Assembly (NCBI GenBank): GCA_038087875.1 | Contig: CM075978.1 | Location: 180,048,001-180,112,000 of the forward strand | Source of the DNA: Malacoraja senta | Lineage: Eukaryota | DNA: 64,000 bases | Direction: 5' to 3' | In this document: piece after piece, positions 24,287-37,514 of the stretch | Numbering within the stretch: the stretch's first letter is position 1 | Layout: each line of letters opens with the position of its first letter | Program-made: the position numbers and the translations under genes | Notes under the pieces: model-generated | What the model saw: the letters and a program-made list of their open reading frames with translations, nothing else | Told to the model about the DNA's origin: nothing | Database searches by the model: none

Positions 24287-25887
24287 TAGGCCATTCAGCC
24301 CATTGAGTCTACTCCTCCATTCAATCGTGGCTGAATTGGGAACATTGGAGGCAGTTTTACCCACTGACTGGAGCATAATGTAAACTTTTATGTGCATACA
24401 TCATAAGCGCACTTAATCATTTCAAATAGCTTGAACTTTACAATAAATTCTATCAATTTTTGTGTCTTATATAATGAAAGAAACAGGTGCATTGTTCATT
24501 ATCACACCCCACCTACATCAAAGGTACATAAACCTGTTGTCAGAGGCATATTTGAATACCATGGGCATTTTATATTGCTTCTTAAAAGTCTTTTTGTCTT
24601 TTAAATAATAAAAAAAATAGTTCAACCAGCATAACACATAATTATATTTATTATCATTGCAATGAGTTCTTGCACTGCTGCAGTCATTTTGGTGAATGTA
24701 CTTCAGCAGAGTTGTTGAGTATGGAGTTTCAGGTTTTAATCCCAGAAATGATGAATGATGAATAATAAAGTAAAGGATGGACACCCACACATACTGTGAC
24801 TCCAGTATTTTGTGTCTATCTTTGCAATAAAGGACACCTCTGGTTTCCGTTGCATGTGAATTTTACACGTGATAAATCTATACATTGCCACTTCTAACAT
24901 CTTCAAGTTCCCTTCACTGTGTTGGCATATTTTCCAATCATGCTTTCCCAGTAAATAAGCTCTTGGGTTAAACATATTACCAACTACTCATCTTTCTTCT
25001 AATTTTCTGAATTTCCTCTATCCGCACTGTGTGTTTACACTTATCAGATGATTAATAATATGGCTCACCAGCACCTCCTTAAGGGCAATTAAGGAAAAGC
25101 AATAAATACACTGCTCAGCTCAGATGTGGATTGAGTGTATTATGGTGACAGTAATACTATTAAATGTAAAGGTTAATTGCTTGGATTTTCATCTGTGGAA
25201 TACCCACATCCTGAAACAAGAATAAATAGTTTATAAAAGGCTGTTTTAAAACCAATAAATCTAAATCTATACAATCATGAAACTATGATTAATGCATATG
25301 CAAAGCAGCATATATTTCTTTTAAAAACTTGTGTACCTTAGATGTCAATAGATGTCCTATTGATGTTTTCAAAATAAGTTACCCACATCAAACTTACATC
25401 TCATCCTGCGCCATGATTATTTCTATCACCTTGCATTTAAAAATACATAAGGAATCATAATTAGTACTCCTAACGTTCTTTGTTCAAGTTTCTTCACACT
25501 ACTGTTATTTTTTTCTCTTTCTCTAAGCTTTCCATTTATAAAAGCTTATTAAAAATGCAATACTTCAAGTTCAAGTTCAAGTTCAAGTTCACATTTATTT
25601 GTCACATGCACCAATTAAGTTACAGTGAAATGAGTTACCATGCAGCCATACTATCAAAAAGAGCACAATACACAACAGAGTTTAACATAAACATCCACCA
25701 CAGTGGAATCAACATTCTTCACTGTGATGGAAGGCAATAACGTTCAGTCAATCTTCCTCCTTTGTTCATCGTAGTCGCCGCTACGGACGGCCCGATGTAC
25801 AATTGAATGATTTCAATTCAGTTTCGAATGGCATTAATAAGTTTTTATAGTTTTTAGCCTTTACAGCAGAGAGATTGAGGTTAAGAT

Positions 25888-26700
25888 TGAATAGAATAGA
25901 ATAGAATAGAATGCCATTTATTGTCATTTAAACAAGGTTCAAACTAAATTTCGTTCCTGCAGTCACAACAGGAAAAAGAAACCCAAACTCACAATTAACA
26001 CAATTCCACACAAACATCCACCACAGTGAATCTCCAAACACCTCCTCACTGTGATGGAAGGCAAAAGTCTTCTCTCTTCCCTCTTCTCTGTTCTTTATTC
26101 TTCAAGCAATCAAACTGCTGCATCGAGCTGATCGAGGCTCTTGATGTTGGAGCCCCCGGCGGGCGATGGTAAGTCCCGCGGCCGTTTAAGCTGCGCCGGG
26201 CGATGTGAGGCCCTGCTCCGGGCTGGTTTAAAATCGATTTAAACCCCTCGATTCGGGCGGGAGAAGTTGCCGTTGCGGGAGCTCTGAAAAGAGGTCTCCC
26301 ACCAGGGACCTGCGAGCTCCCGAGGCTACCGTCCACAGGGGCTGCAGCCGAAGCCTCCGAAGACGGGTCGCAGCCGTGCGCCACCACAGTGCTCCACGCT
26401 CCGAAGTCAGCCAGCTCCGTGATGGTGAGTCCACAGGCTCTGCAACTGAAGCCCCCAGGTCGATTCCGGTTGGAGGCCCGCCAGCTCCACGATGTTAGGC
26501 CCCAACGACAACGGAGACACGACAGGGAAAAGGTCGCGTCCCCGTTCAGGAAAGAGATTAAAAAGTTTCCCCCACCCCCCCCCACATATACACAACTAAA
26601 AATAAAATATAACTAAAAACAAAAACATTCACCTAACTGGACAAAAATAAAGAAAAGACAGACGGACTGCAGTCGAGCCGCTGCCACAAGGCGCCGCCAC
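25888..26700 (-). mobile_element. GC-rich non-coding retroposon (family A)
   Basis: Reverse-complement homologue of 10245-11135, with an (aatag)n tail on the plus strand next to tttattgtcatt. Confidence 0.75.
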
Positions 26701-26705
26701 ACCGA

Positions 26706-27284
26706 AGGTCCCTGGTGAGACCACACCTGGAGTATTGTGTGCAGTTTTGGTCTCAAAAGCTGAGGAAGGACATTCTTGGTATTGAGGGCGTGCAGCGTAG
26801 GTTCATCAGGCTAATTCCTGGGATGGTGGGACTGTCATATGTTAAAATAATGGAGCGACTGGGCTTGTATACACTGGAATTTAGAAGGATGAGAGCGGAT
26901 CTTATTGAAACGTATAAGATTTTAAGAGATTGGACACGCTAGAGGCAGGAAACATGTTCCCAATGTTGGGGGAGTCCCGAACCAGGGTTCACAGTTTAAG
27001 AATAAGGGATGGGCCATTTTGAATGGAGTTGAGGAAAAAAAAATTCACGCAGTGTTGTGAATCTGTGGAATTCTCTGCCTCCGAAGGCAGTGGAGGCTGA
27101 TTCTCCAGATGCTTTCAAGAGAGAATTGGATACTCTTAAAGATAGCAGTCAAGGGATATGTGGAGAAGGCAGGAATGGGTTACTGATTGCGGATGATCAG
27201 CCATGATCACAGTGAATGGCGGTGCTGGCTCGAAGGGCCGAAGGGCTGAATGGCCTACTCCTGCACCTATTTTCTATTGTCTAT
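26706..27284 (+). mobile_element. CR1 LINE 3' fragment
   Basis: RPHLEYCVQFWS...VQRRFIRLIPGM plus the CR1 3'UTR. Confidence 0.9.
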
Positions 27285-27422
27285 TGGCATGAAGGAAACA
27301 TTTTTTAAAATCCAGGTGATAGAAAACTAGGAAGGCCAGTGAAGAGTAAGGAGAAAAATGAAATAAATCATCTGTTAGATGCTGAGACCAGTGGCAGGCA
27401 AAAATCAAAGCAGGATAAAAAG

Positions 27423-28255
27423 CAATACAATACAATACAATACAATACCATTTATTGTCATTTGAACCTCAAATGAAGTTCAAACGAAATTTGGTTTCTG
27501 CAGTCATACAAACAAGTAAAAAGAACCAAGACACAACACAATTTACACAAACATCCATCACAGCGAATCTCCTCCTCGCTGTGATGGAAGGCAACGTCTT
27601 ATCTCTCCCCTGCACTCCCCATTCTCCTCCCGATGTCAGAGTCAGAGCCCCCGGCGGGCAATGGAAATTAAGTCCCGCGGCCATTAAAGCCGCGCCGGGC
27701 GATGCAAGGCCGCCCTCCGGGTCTGGATGTTGGAGCCCCCGGTAGCGCTAGCAAGTCCCGCGGCCATTAAAGCCGCGCCGGGCGATGTAAGACCCCGCTC
27801 CAGGTCATCTTCAACCCCGCAACTCGGGCGGGAGAAGTTGCCGTTGCGGGAGCCCCGAAAAGCGGTCTCCCCCCAGGGACCCGCGAGCTCCCGATGTTAC
27901 CGTCCACCAGACCTGCGGCTGGAGCCTCCGAATCTCCGGGGTCGGTCGCAGCCGCGCGTCACCGCAGCTCTCCACGCTCCGAACTCGGCCAGCTCCACGA
28001 TGGTGAGTAGTCCGCAGGCTCCGCGACTGGAGCCCCAGGTCGTTCCGGTTGGAGGCCGCTCCACGGTGCTAGGCCCCAACGACAACGGAGACCCGACAGA
28101 AAGGTCGGGTCCTCCATACAGGGAAGAGATTTTTTTAAGTTTCCCCCTCCCCCCCCCCCCACATATACACAGTTAAAAACAATATAAAGAAACACAAACA
28201 ACTACATTTAACTAGACAAAAATAAAAAATAAAAGACAGACGGACTGCAGTCGAG
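27423..28255 (-). mobile_element. GC-rich non-coding retroposon (family A)
   Basis: (caata)n tail on the plus strand, then tttattgtcatt. The body is homologous to the other copies and has an internal duplication near 27665-27800. Confidence 0.75.
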
Positions 28256-29293
28256 CAAGCAGTCGAGCACTGCAGTCGAGAAAAGCAAGCAATATAGTAT
28301 GGAAGGGAGAACAAGGAAAGAAAATTAAATGTGAAGAATAGACTACTAACTGGAAAGGGTTGTGAATCAATCAGAAAGTAAATGGGTATAATCATGTCAC
28401 CATAAAAACTTCACTGCAGGAGTTTCTTTGTGCTGTGTCCTGGGTACAACCATCTTCAGCTATTTCATTAATTACCTTCCTTCCATTAGAAGTGTAGGAG
28501 GGAGGATGTTTAACGATGGAAGACACAATTCATTGATTTTATTAAATTCACAACTAATTTCCAGCCAGCTATCACATGTAATGGAACTGTATACAACACA
28601 CCAAATGCAGCCTGACCAATGTCTGTACAGCTGCCAACTCTTATCGATGAAGTCAAACACACACAATCCCTTTTTCACCTACCCATCTGTGTTGCCATTT
28701 ACAGGGAACTACGAACTTGTATCCCAAGGTCCCTCTGTACACCAACATTCCTGAAGTCTCAGCCATTTACTGTATATATACTGTTTGATTTTCATGTCCC
28801 AAAATGCATTATCTCACACTTGCCTGGATTAAGTTCCACCTGCCACCACTCTACCCAACTCTCCAACTGATCGTTGTCCCTCTGTATAATTTTACAATCT
28901 TCTTTGCTATCCACTCTTTTGTCAATGTCATGTGCAGTCCAATGTACACTTACTCATCAGTCCACTTACGTTGGATCCCAAGTGCCCTTCTCTACCAGCC
29001 TACAATGCTGAACTTTGTCAAATCTAAAGTCCATTTCAACCATGTTATGATGCAGTATCCTGAGGAGAAGCCTCTTGGGATGAACATCATGGGTTTGTTG
29101 AGAACATAAGATAAATGGAGATGTTTTTTTCTGAGTAATAAGCTCCATATGCCAGTACTATGTTCATTATATTGTAACCTGTTATGTGCATTGTGAAACA
29201 CAATTGGCATTCAGGCTGATGTCTTTCTCTATGGCAACATCTTTATACTTAAAATTATCATTCCAGTGTAATTTTGATTTTGTTTAATTACAC

Positions 29294-29325
29294 GTCTGAA
29301 GAAGGGTCTCAACCCGAAACGTCAC
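29294..29325 (+). ncRNA. Minimal hammerhead ribozyme motif in Penelope pLTR repeat
   Basis: gt-CTGAAGA-a-gggt(ctca)accc-GAAA-cGTC-ac: a CUGANGA...GAAA core with stem II hairpin, palindromic ACGU and a GUC cleavage triplet. Confidence 0.65.
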
Positions 29326-31980
29326 CCATTCCTTCTCTCCAGAGATGCTACCTGTCCCATTGAGTAACTCCAGCATTTTGTGTCTATCTTCGATTTAAAA
29401 CAGCATCTGTAGTTCCTTCCAACACAAGCTGGTAATAATGTTCTATCATGGAGTGTTGTTAAGATCTCAGATGCACCAACTGATGGATTATCTGACAAAA
29501 TCAGTTTAAAAGAGAATTTACAAAAGGCCATTGTAAATTAATTTGCGGTGGATTAATTTGCCAAATTATTGGTAATAAAACGGGGCTCTAGCTAAATTTT
29601 ATAGCATTTTCAAGCATCACTCATGCACCCAAGATCAAGTGACCTCTATGTGGCACTATTTGATGGTTTCACTAAATGAAGGCAATTGCACGTATAGGTA
29701 TTTCATTGACTCTATCAATTTTAAACACTAACTTTTATAAAAAGGATGCACTTTAACAAGTGGTGATCCATTGGAAAATTATACAATGATGAACCATGGT
29801 ATTTTGAAGTATTCAAGCATTATGCAGCTTATAAATACACTAATCCATTACATTGGCAATGATTAACAGGAAGCCTGCCCATTAAATTTGCACACGATCA
29901 TCTTTCATTCCATTCTCACCCCTGTACCTATTAAAAACATTGAACTAAATGGAAATTAAGTGTAAAAGAAAGACACAAAATGACAGAGTATCTAAATGGG
30001 GTCAGGCATATCCCTAAAGAACATGCATAGGTGATGTTTTGGGTCGGGACCCTTCTTCAGACCTGCTGTGTTACTCCAGCATTTTGTGTCTTTCTTTGGC
30101 ATTAAATAGCATCTGCAGTTCCTTGTTTTTACAATATGAAATTAAGTGTGGCTGAAATCAGATTTTGTGTATTATTTACATGAAAAAAACTGAGTTAGAT
30201 AAATGGGTCAGCCATATTCTCAACTAGGGGCAGAGAAATTTGCTTCATTTTCATACTTAAACCAATGACGGAGCAGCTTTGTTGACCATCTGACAGTCTG
30301 GTTGCAAAGCAGTTCTATTACACCAAAAATCAAGAGGAAGATTTTGAAGTACTGTTTATTCATAGGCTTGTGTCATTTGACTTACAGGATCACAGATTTT
30401 GGAGATGTAAGTTATGCAAGTAATTTAATTATACCCAAGCATTCTCAATCTGTCTGCCTAAATGTCCATAAAACTCGTTGCCTCTTCAAGTTAAAAATCT
30501 TGAGGTAGGTTTCCTGCTTCTGTACTTGCATAATAGAAATCTTAAAATATGACCAGATTTTCAGTTATAACAGGAAATATTGTTGTGGTGGTTTACCCTT
30601 AACATTTTGATATTTTTAACCTCTTTCCTGAGACCAGACTCTTTCTGTAAAAGCACATTTATAATCTAAATAAATGGATGGATTTTGGGAGAGGGGGGGT
30701 GCTTAGTTGGGGGGGGGGGGGGCATTGGGGGTGCAGAGGTTGGTTTGCATAATTGGCTGGGATGCATCCACAACTCTCTGCAATTTCTTGAGGTCTTAGC
30801 CAATGCATTTGCTAAACCAAGCTCTGAGACATCCAGATAGGATGCCTTCTATCGTGCAGACACTGAGCTGAAACTTCAGTTTTTATATGAGATTATGTGA
30901 TTTAAGTTTAGTAATTGGTCATACTGCCTTATCCACCTTTTCTGTTTGGTGGGGGTTGGGCTGGGGGGAGGTGTGGATATCCTACGCAGTGTATCGATAG
31001 CCCATCAATTATGTATATTGTAATAAAGGAAGATAAATCAACTGTACATAGTGATACAAAATAAAGCAGACAAACATTTTATTGATTTGCTTTCTTCACT
31101 ACCTTCGTGAAAACAAACCCAAGAAATCCCTGAAGAAATGTACCTGACACATACCATGTGACTCCACTGTAAGCTGTTGGTGAAGTTATATAAATCTTTC
31201 CAATAAGATTTGCAAGGAATTTGAATACAACATCATCTGCTGAAGGAACACATGTGCAATATCTAAATTGTTCTCTGTGAGAAATTACAGATTTCTGAAT
31301 CCTTCAAATTTCAATGTAGAATAAGGAGGAGAAATATGAGGGAGAGACTCTTGAGGATTGAAGGCAGAATTTAACTAATTGATATCTGGGATTGTTGTGC
31401 TGGGCCTTCTTTGTAGCATTATTCTCACTTCAGTTGGGCCTCTATGCAATCTCATATGACAGAGGTTCAGTTACATATGCAAGCTTTATGCAGGGTTTGG
31501 TGGTACTGGATGATTATGGTTTATTTTATTCCTACTTTTATTGGACAACATCTGATGGACAATAAATACTCCTATTTTGTAACTGAACAAAGAATTATCA
31601 AAAGCTCCAAAATGTTTGATGTGCTCATTTCAAATGCCTCAACTTTTTTTTGCATGTATTGGTTTTACACACAATGGCATTTTAGAAAGCTCATTGAACA
31701 GGAAGGTTGTAACCCACAGTGACCATCTGCTCAAAGCTAAGAAGGCACCAACCATTTCCTTCCTTACCTGGAACCAGTGCTATGAAGCATTGCAATATAT
31801 GTGGAACATATTAGAAACCACATCAATTGGATACTGCTCTGTGGATTTTTGATAAAAATCAGTTTATTCAAACACATTGGGCAAAACGTCTTAACATTTA
31901 ACCCTTACATCACAAAGGAATACTGATTAAAGTGATTCACATATTTTAAAGTGAAACAGTATGTTGCATTGACCACTCGT

Positions 31981-32292
31981 GTTTAGTTTAGTTAAGTTTA
32001 ATGATACAGTGCAGAAACAGGCCCTTCGGCCCAATGAGTCCACGCCAACCAGTGATCCACCCTCACTAACACTAGGGACGTTTTATAATTATCCCAAGCC
32101 AATTAATCCACAAATCTGCACGTCTTTGGAGTGTTGGAGTGTGGGGGAGAAACCAGAGCACCCGGAGAAAACACACACAGGTCAGGAGGAGAATGTGCAA
32201 ACTCCATACAGACAGCACCTCTTAGTCAGGATCAAAACCTGGGTCTCTGGCGCTGTGAGGCAGCAGCTCTACCGCTGTGCCCCCATGCCACC
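31981..32292 (-). mobile_element. tRNA-derived V-SINE (HE1-like)
   Basis: tRNA-like head, central V-domain (gtttgcacattctcc...ttttctccgggtgctctggtttctccccc) and a CR1-like tail ending (aaact)n. Confidence 0.8.
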
Positions 32293-34180
32293 TGTGGCGA
32301 GATGAAGAAGCACAGAAATGAAATGGCCTTGGGCTGATCAGCCTCAATCATATTGAATCGTGGTACAATCTTGAGTGATCAAATGCTGCTCCTATTTTTA
32401 ATATTCCTATGTACCTGCTGAAATGCAGACATTACACAATTTACAGGACTCTTTGCAGGCAGTACTGGATTGAATGAATTCAATATTATCACTAAGTTGT
32501 TGAAAATGACATCCACTTTTGATTTGGGGGAATATACTAATCAGCAGATCAAATCAACTTTAACTGCACACACTTTTGTTTACAAAGGAAGAACGTATAT
32601 ACTGACTTATTAACAGTAAAATGAAAGCATATCTCACAAGACAATCGTTTAACAGAAAAGCTTTATTTGTTACCTCCATGGGGACACAACCAAGATAGCT
32701 CTGAAATTATGTAAACAGACATAACTGTATAATTACACCCATAGTTGCACTTTCAAAGTCTGTGAAAATTAATAGCTAATATATTGACAGTAGCTATTTA
32801 AACAAAGCATATATAATATGCATGAAAATAAAATAAATATACAGCAAGTAGAAATTGCTTGGTTGCAAATGTATTCAAGAGAAATCAGAATTGCTGCTGA
32901 CTGAAAAAGTAAACTGAAAAGGTTGAGTCGCTTGTCTCTCTGCTCACTTGCAATAATTAGTGTGGAATGCTGTAACTGAGGTATACGCAGCAATGCGCAA
33001 GATGACTTAGGAAATCATAACATTGAAATGTTCTCTGCAAAAGAAAATTGTGGAGTAAACATTGAAGGCAATTGTGGAAATCACATTGTGGTAAATGCAT
33101 GGCAGATGATTGTCTGTCAGATAGTTATTTTAATGCCCAAACTATTTTATCTATTTTACCTATACCATGGAAATTCTCAGATTCAAGCATCAATCAGATG
33201 AGTGTTGAAGCACTGTTAGGTTATTAATCTGTAATATTAACTGAGCTTTTCTCTCTCCACAGATACTGAATGATCTACTAGCCTTGTCCACCATTCCCCT
33301 TTTGGCCTCAGTTTTCTGCAACACACATAGGAAACTTTTAGTTACTTAAATGTCCTTGTTTTCATTCCCTCTCCTTCTTTCTCTCACTTCTATTATGAAT
33401 CTAACAATCAGGCAGCTTTGCAACAGGCATATACCTATTGCAACCCTGGCCTCTTCCTACCTTAGGTATTCTCTTGGTTAATCAATTTTTATTCAAGTCA
33501 AACCTAATTAATTTTCTCACTTTACCAGTTCTGATAAAGTATCTTCAACCTGAAACATTAACTCTGTTGTACTTTCTACATATGGGGTCAGTCTGCTGAA
33601 TGTTTATAGCATTTTCCGTGAATGTTGATCACATTACTATCCTCCATAACTTGACCGTTTTACGCTCATATATAATTATATTTTGTTCTAACATAATCGT
33701 GTGAGCAATTGCGTAATGTTGATTTACAACGATTTTCAAAATACAATTCTGATGGGATAGAAATTGAAAACTGAATTTGGGCTTGAATGGGACATTGGAA
33801 GACTGTAGTTTATAGAAGAGGAAAGAAGAATTGCATAAATAAGGCATGAACCATAGAATGCACTGATCTAAATAACATGAAACATGGGAAATTTGCACTT
33901 ATCAAGTTTCCACAAATAAGTTGATGATGGCCAGATGATCTGCTCATGTCAAGAGATAAATATTGTCCAGGATATTAGGGATAATGAACTTGCTTTTTAA
34001 CATTCTGTCAGAGACTAATTTTAATCCAACTGCAGGACTTTAATTTAATATCACATCCAAAAATGAAGATAATCAGCATTAAAATGTCAATCTAGATTCA
34101 TGTGATCAAGTTCTTGGAATAGAATTTGAATGCAGCATCATACTACTTTGAAATCAGCAGAATCATGACAAAATATTAGA

Positions 34181-34560
34181 GGCAGTATAGTAGTACAGCA
34201 AATAATTTAGCTGTCACAAAGCTCCAGTGACCTAGATTCAATTCTGCCCTTTGGTGCTATCTTGGAAGTTGCATGATTTCCCTGATGGTTTTCCCAAGAT
34301 ATTCTGGCTTCTTCCCATATAAATGACAAATGCTGCTAGATTAATAGGCTCCTGCAAATTTCTCCTACCGTAAATGGGTGGCAGAAATGGGAAGAGTTGA
34401 TGAACATGTGAGAGGATGCCAGTTATAGAGTAAATATGGTGGAAGAAGTGCACTGATGGTAATGTTATAAGAACTGGCACAGTTGCAATGGGCTGATGGT
34501 TTCTTATTATGTCATAAATATGAGCATTGTACATCTATATGGGGGTCTGGACAGTTAGAA
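34181..34560 (+). mobile_element. Old degenerate V-SINE
   Basis: Decayed head and V-domain homologous to the HE1-like copies. Confidence 0.5.
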
Positions 34561-34963
34561 ATTATGCACAGCATGCAGTGAGTAGAATGGGGACTGTACA
34601 TTAGACAGAGGATCTGAACTCTGAGCGCACTATAAATGTGCAATTGAATGCAATTCACTGTGGAATGAAATTTCACACTTTATGCAACAATTTTTTTTAC
34701 AAAGCACAGTGTCTGAATAAAATTTAACTTTATATCACATGTGCGAACAAAAGCCTATCCTATATATTGGTATGAAAAGTGACCATACAATTCCTTATAT
34801 TTGTGGAAAGGAGATAACAGAAATGATAATTAAACAATTAATCAGACTATTTACTGTTCGCCATCGTATACAAGGAAAAATTTCCCCTAGTGAAAAGGCC
34901 CTGAAATCCACACAATGTGTATGAATGATGATCAAAGAAACCCAATTAGTTTTGTTTTGAACA

Positions 34964-35265
34964 GTTTAGTTTAGAGATACAGCATGGAAACTGGCCCTTC
35001 AGCCCACCGAATCCACACCAACCAGTGATCTCCACGCACTAGCACTATGCTACACACTCTAAGGACAATTTACATTTAAACCAAGCCAATTAGCCTACAA
35101 AACTATAGGTCTTGGGAGTGTGGGAGGAAAATAGAGCTTCCAGGAGAAAACCCACGCCAATCATGTGGAGAACATACAAACTCCATACAGATAGCAACGT
35201 AATCAGGATCGAACCCGGGTATCTGGCACTGTAAGGCAGCAATTCTACCGCTACGCAACCGTGCC
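34964..35265 (-). mobile_element. tRNA-derived V-SINE (HE1-like)
   Basis: Minus strand ggcacggttgcgtagcggtag...ggttcgatcc (A/B boxes), V-domain, and tail gctgtatctctaaactaaact. Confidence 0.85.
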
Positions 35266-35416
35266 ATCCAATAAGGCTGTTTATTTTGGACAAAAGTTCC
35301 ATGCTGGACTGGAGCTCTCAAAACGAGTTTGCACATTGTATGTCTGGAATTCTTCAAAGGTTTAACAAACAAATGTGAATGGCCTAAAATCCCGTTTCCA
35401 ACCATATTTAGAATAA

Positions 35417-35640
35417 ATGTGTAGAAAGGAATTGCAGATGCTGGTTTAAACCAAAGATAGACACTAAAAGCTGGAGTAACTTAGCAGGACGGGCAGCATC
35501 TCTGAAGAGAAGGAATGGGTGACGTTTCAGGTCGAGACGTCTGCACCTAAGAAGGATCTCGACCCAAAATATCAGCCATTCCTTCTCTCCAGAGATGCTG
35601 CCTGTCCTGCTGAGTTACTCCAGCTTTTTGTCTCTATCTT
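35417..35640. mobile_element. Fold-back Penelope pLTR mini-element with 14-bp TSD
   Basis: Two pLTR halves in opposite orientation, flanked by catatttagaataa at 35403-35416 and 35641-35654. Confidence 0.7.
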
Positions 35641-35817
35641 CATATTTAGAATAAGTCAGTAAACACCATTATAAATTCTGCAATTTTGAAAATGAGAACA
35701 ATGTTCTAGTCAGTGAATAAATATAATAAAATGCAGTTATCTGATGACCTCATAAAATTGGATTTTCTTTGAGTTTCAAGAAGTGCACTATAAAATGCTT
35801 CTCAGATTAAAAAAAGA

Positions 35818-36020
35818 TCAAATATTCATTGGGTCATTTTTCCTTTTACGATGTTTTTTTACTTTTGGCGTGGCATCGGTAACTTCTGCTGTTGTGATTG
35901 GGTTCCACTGTGTCATCTGTATATTCCCTTTAACTGTTTCCTCTTTCATATTTTCAGGATTTGCCATGATAGGGTGAGTGCAACGTATGCAGGTCTTCAT
36001 TTGAACCTTGCCTTTACGTG
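35818..36020 (-). CDS. Exon 5 (putative last coding exon): cytoplasmic tail
   Basis: Strong acceptor ttttctttcag| at 36021 in phase 1, matching the TM-exon donor. Encodes (A)RKGKVQMKTCIRCTHP...KVKKHRKRKNDPMNI*. Small intervening exons in the 10.8-kb intron cannot be excluded. Confidence 0.62.
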
Positions 36021-36559
36021 CTGAAAGAAAAATAACATGAAATATCAGGTGCAAAATCTTCACTGAAAATTAGAAAATGTAGAAACATTCCCAAAGAAAC
36101 TTTACCTTCACAATCTGATGCGCTACTACTACTACTAAGCAATGTTGACCCAGCAAAGCTCAGTCATAGCATCAAGATGATGTTAGGATTACTAAAATTG
36201 TCCTCGTGTCCAAAGCCTAAAGAGTGGGGTGATCGAATAAAATTCCCTGTCTTGTACTTGTTGTTTACAAGGCGGCATGTGTGATAAAACTTAGTTATAG
36301 TGGGATCAGGAACCACCTCCTTAAAAGTCTGGCTAATGTCACAGACTGTCAGCGATCATATACGTCATTGGCAAGGTCAGAATTTCCCCTAGTGAAAAGG
36401 CGCTGAATTGTACGCTATATGACTGATGGGAATGGGAATCTGGAAGAAATGCATGAAATACTATGTGGAAACAAAGAACTTAAATGGTGGTTAATATACA
36501 AAAGGACTCAAATTGCTGGTGTAGCAAGTCAAGCCGCATCCCTGTTTTGTTGGGCTAAG

Positions 36560-36910
36560 TGGGCAGAGGGCTGTTTATTCAGAGGGTGTGATGTTGGAGT
36601 GTCTGAGGGGAGTAGATAAGTTAAGACGGTTGATGTTGTGCCGACAGTTAGAAACAAAAAGCCAGCAGAGGGAGTCCAAGAGGAAGGGGAATGTTGCAAA
36701 CAAGAGAAGGGGTCATCACTGGTCAGTGCGGACACCTTTCCATAGAAAAACGCCCAGAAGTGGAGGCGAAGGTAAAAGAGCTCTACGTCATGGAGAGCCC
36801 CGGAACTCATTGAGGTGAGGGTGGAGGCGTATAAAGGTAAGGCCTTTGTTGAGGACAGACTGTTCTGGATCGGAAAGTGGGACGTCACAAGGGGAGGGTG
36901 AAAACATAAC
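36560..36910 (-). mobile_element. Penelope ORF N-terminal remnant
   Basis: ELFYLRLHFWAFFYGK...SDDPFSCLQHSPSSWTP resembles the pre-RT region of PLEs. Confidence 0.55.
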
Positions 36911-37514
36911 AAGTTTTCACTATGCTAAATTAATCAACTTTAAGTTAGTGCACTTTAACCTTTCAAAAGAACTGAAGTTCTTTGCAACCAACAAAGTATA
37001 AATTGTAGTCCCTGTAACTTTATGGGTACCCATTATACGCATGTTTCTATGAACAACAGTAACATAATAGAAGTTTACTTTATTGTCACAGGGACTGAGG
37101 TACGGTGAAAAGCTTCTGTTGCGTGCTAACCAGTCAGCGGAAAAACAAAACATGATAACAATCAAGCCATTCACAGTGTACAGATGTAAAGATAAGGGAA
37201 TAACATTTAGAGCAAGATAAAGCCAGTAAAGTCTGATCAAAGATAGTACAAGGGTCTCCAATGAGGTAGATAGTCGTTCAGGACTGCTCTCAAGCTGTGC
37301 TCGGATGATTCAAATATATAACCACAGTCAGTGATTTTAATGTGAGATAAACACTGACTGAGGATTCAGAGAGGGAATCTCAGCTCTTCTTAAAATGTTC
37401 GTAAATTTTTGTTTGGATTTTATTGAGAAATAGACGAAATCTCTATTTAAAATTTCAAATGAGATAATAAGCACTCCTTTCCATGGGATATAATTCTTTT
37501 TAATTTAAAAAAAA

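Noticed and set aside
115-28176. GC-rich ORFs of 100-230 aa in family A copies (e.g. 115-576, 10185-10883, 26046-26585, 27727-28176)
   Set aside because: Frames are not conserved between copies and show no domain motifs; long ORFs are expected by chance in GC-rich repeats.
35958-35973. Plus-strand 16-nt micro-exon (ttttcag|...|gtgagt) antisense to exon 5
   Set aside because: The pyrimidine tract is just the complement of the purine-rich minus-strand coding sequence, and no partner exons were found on the plus strand.
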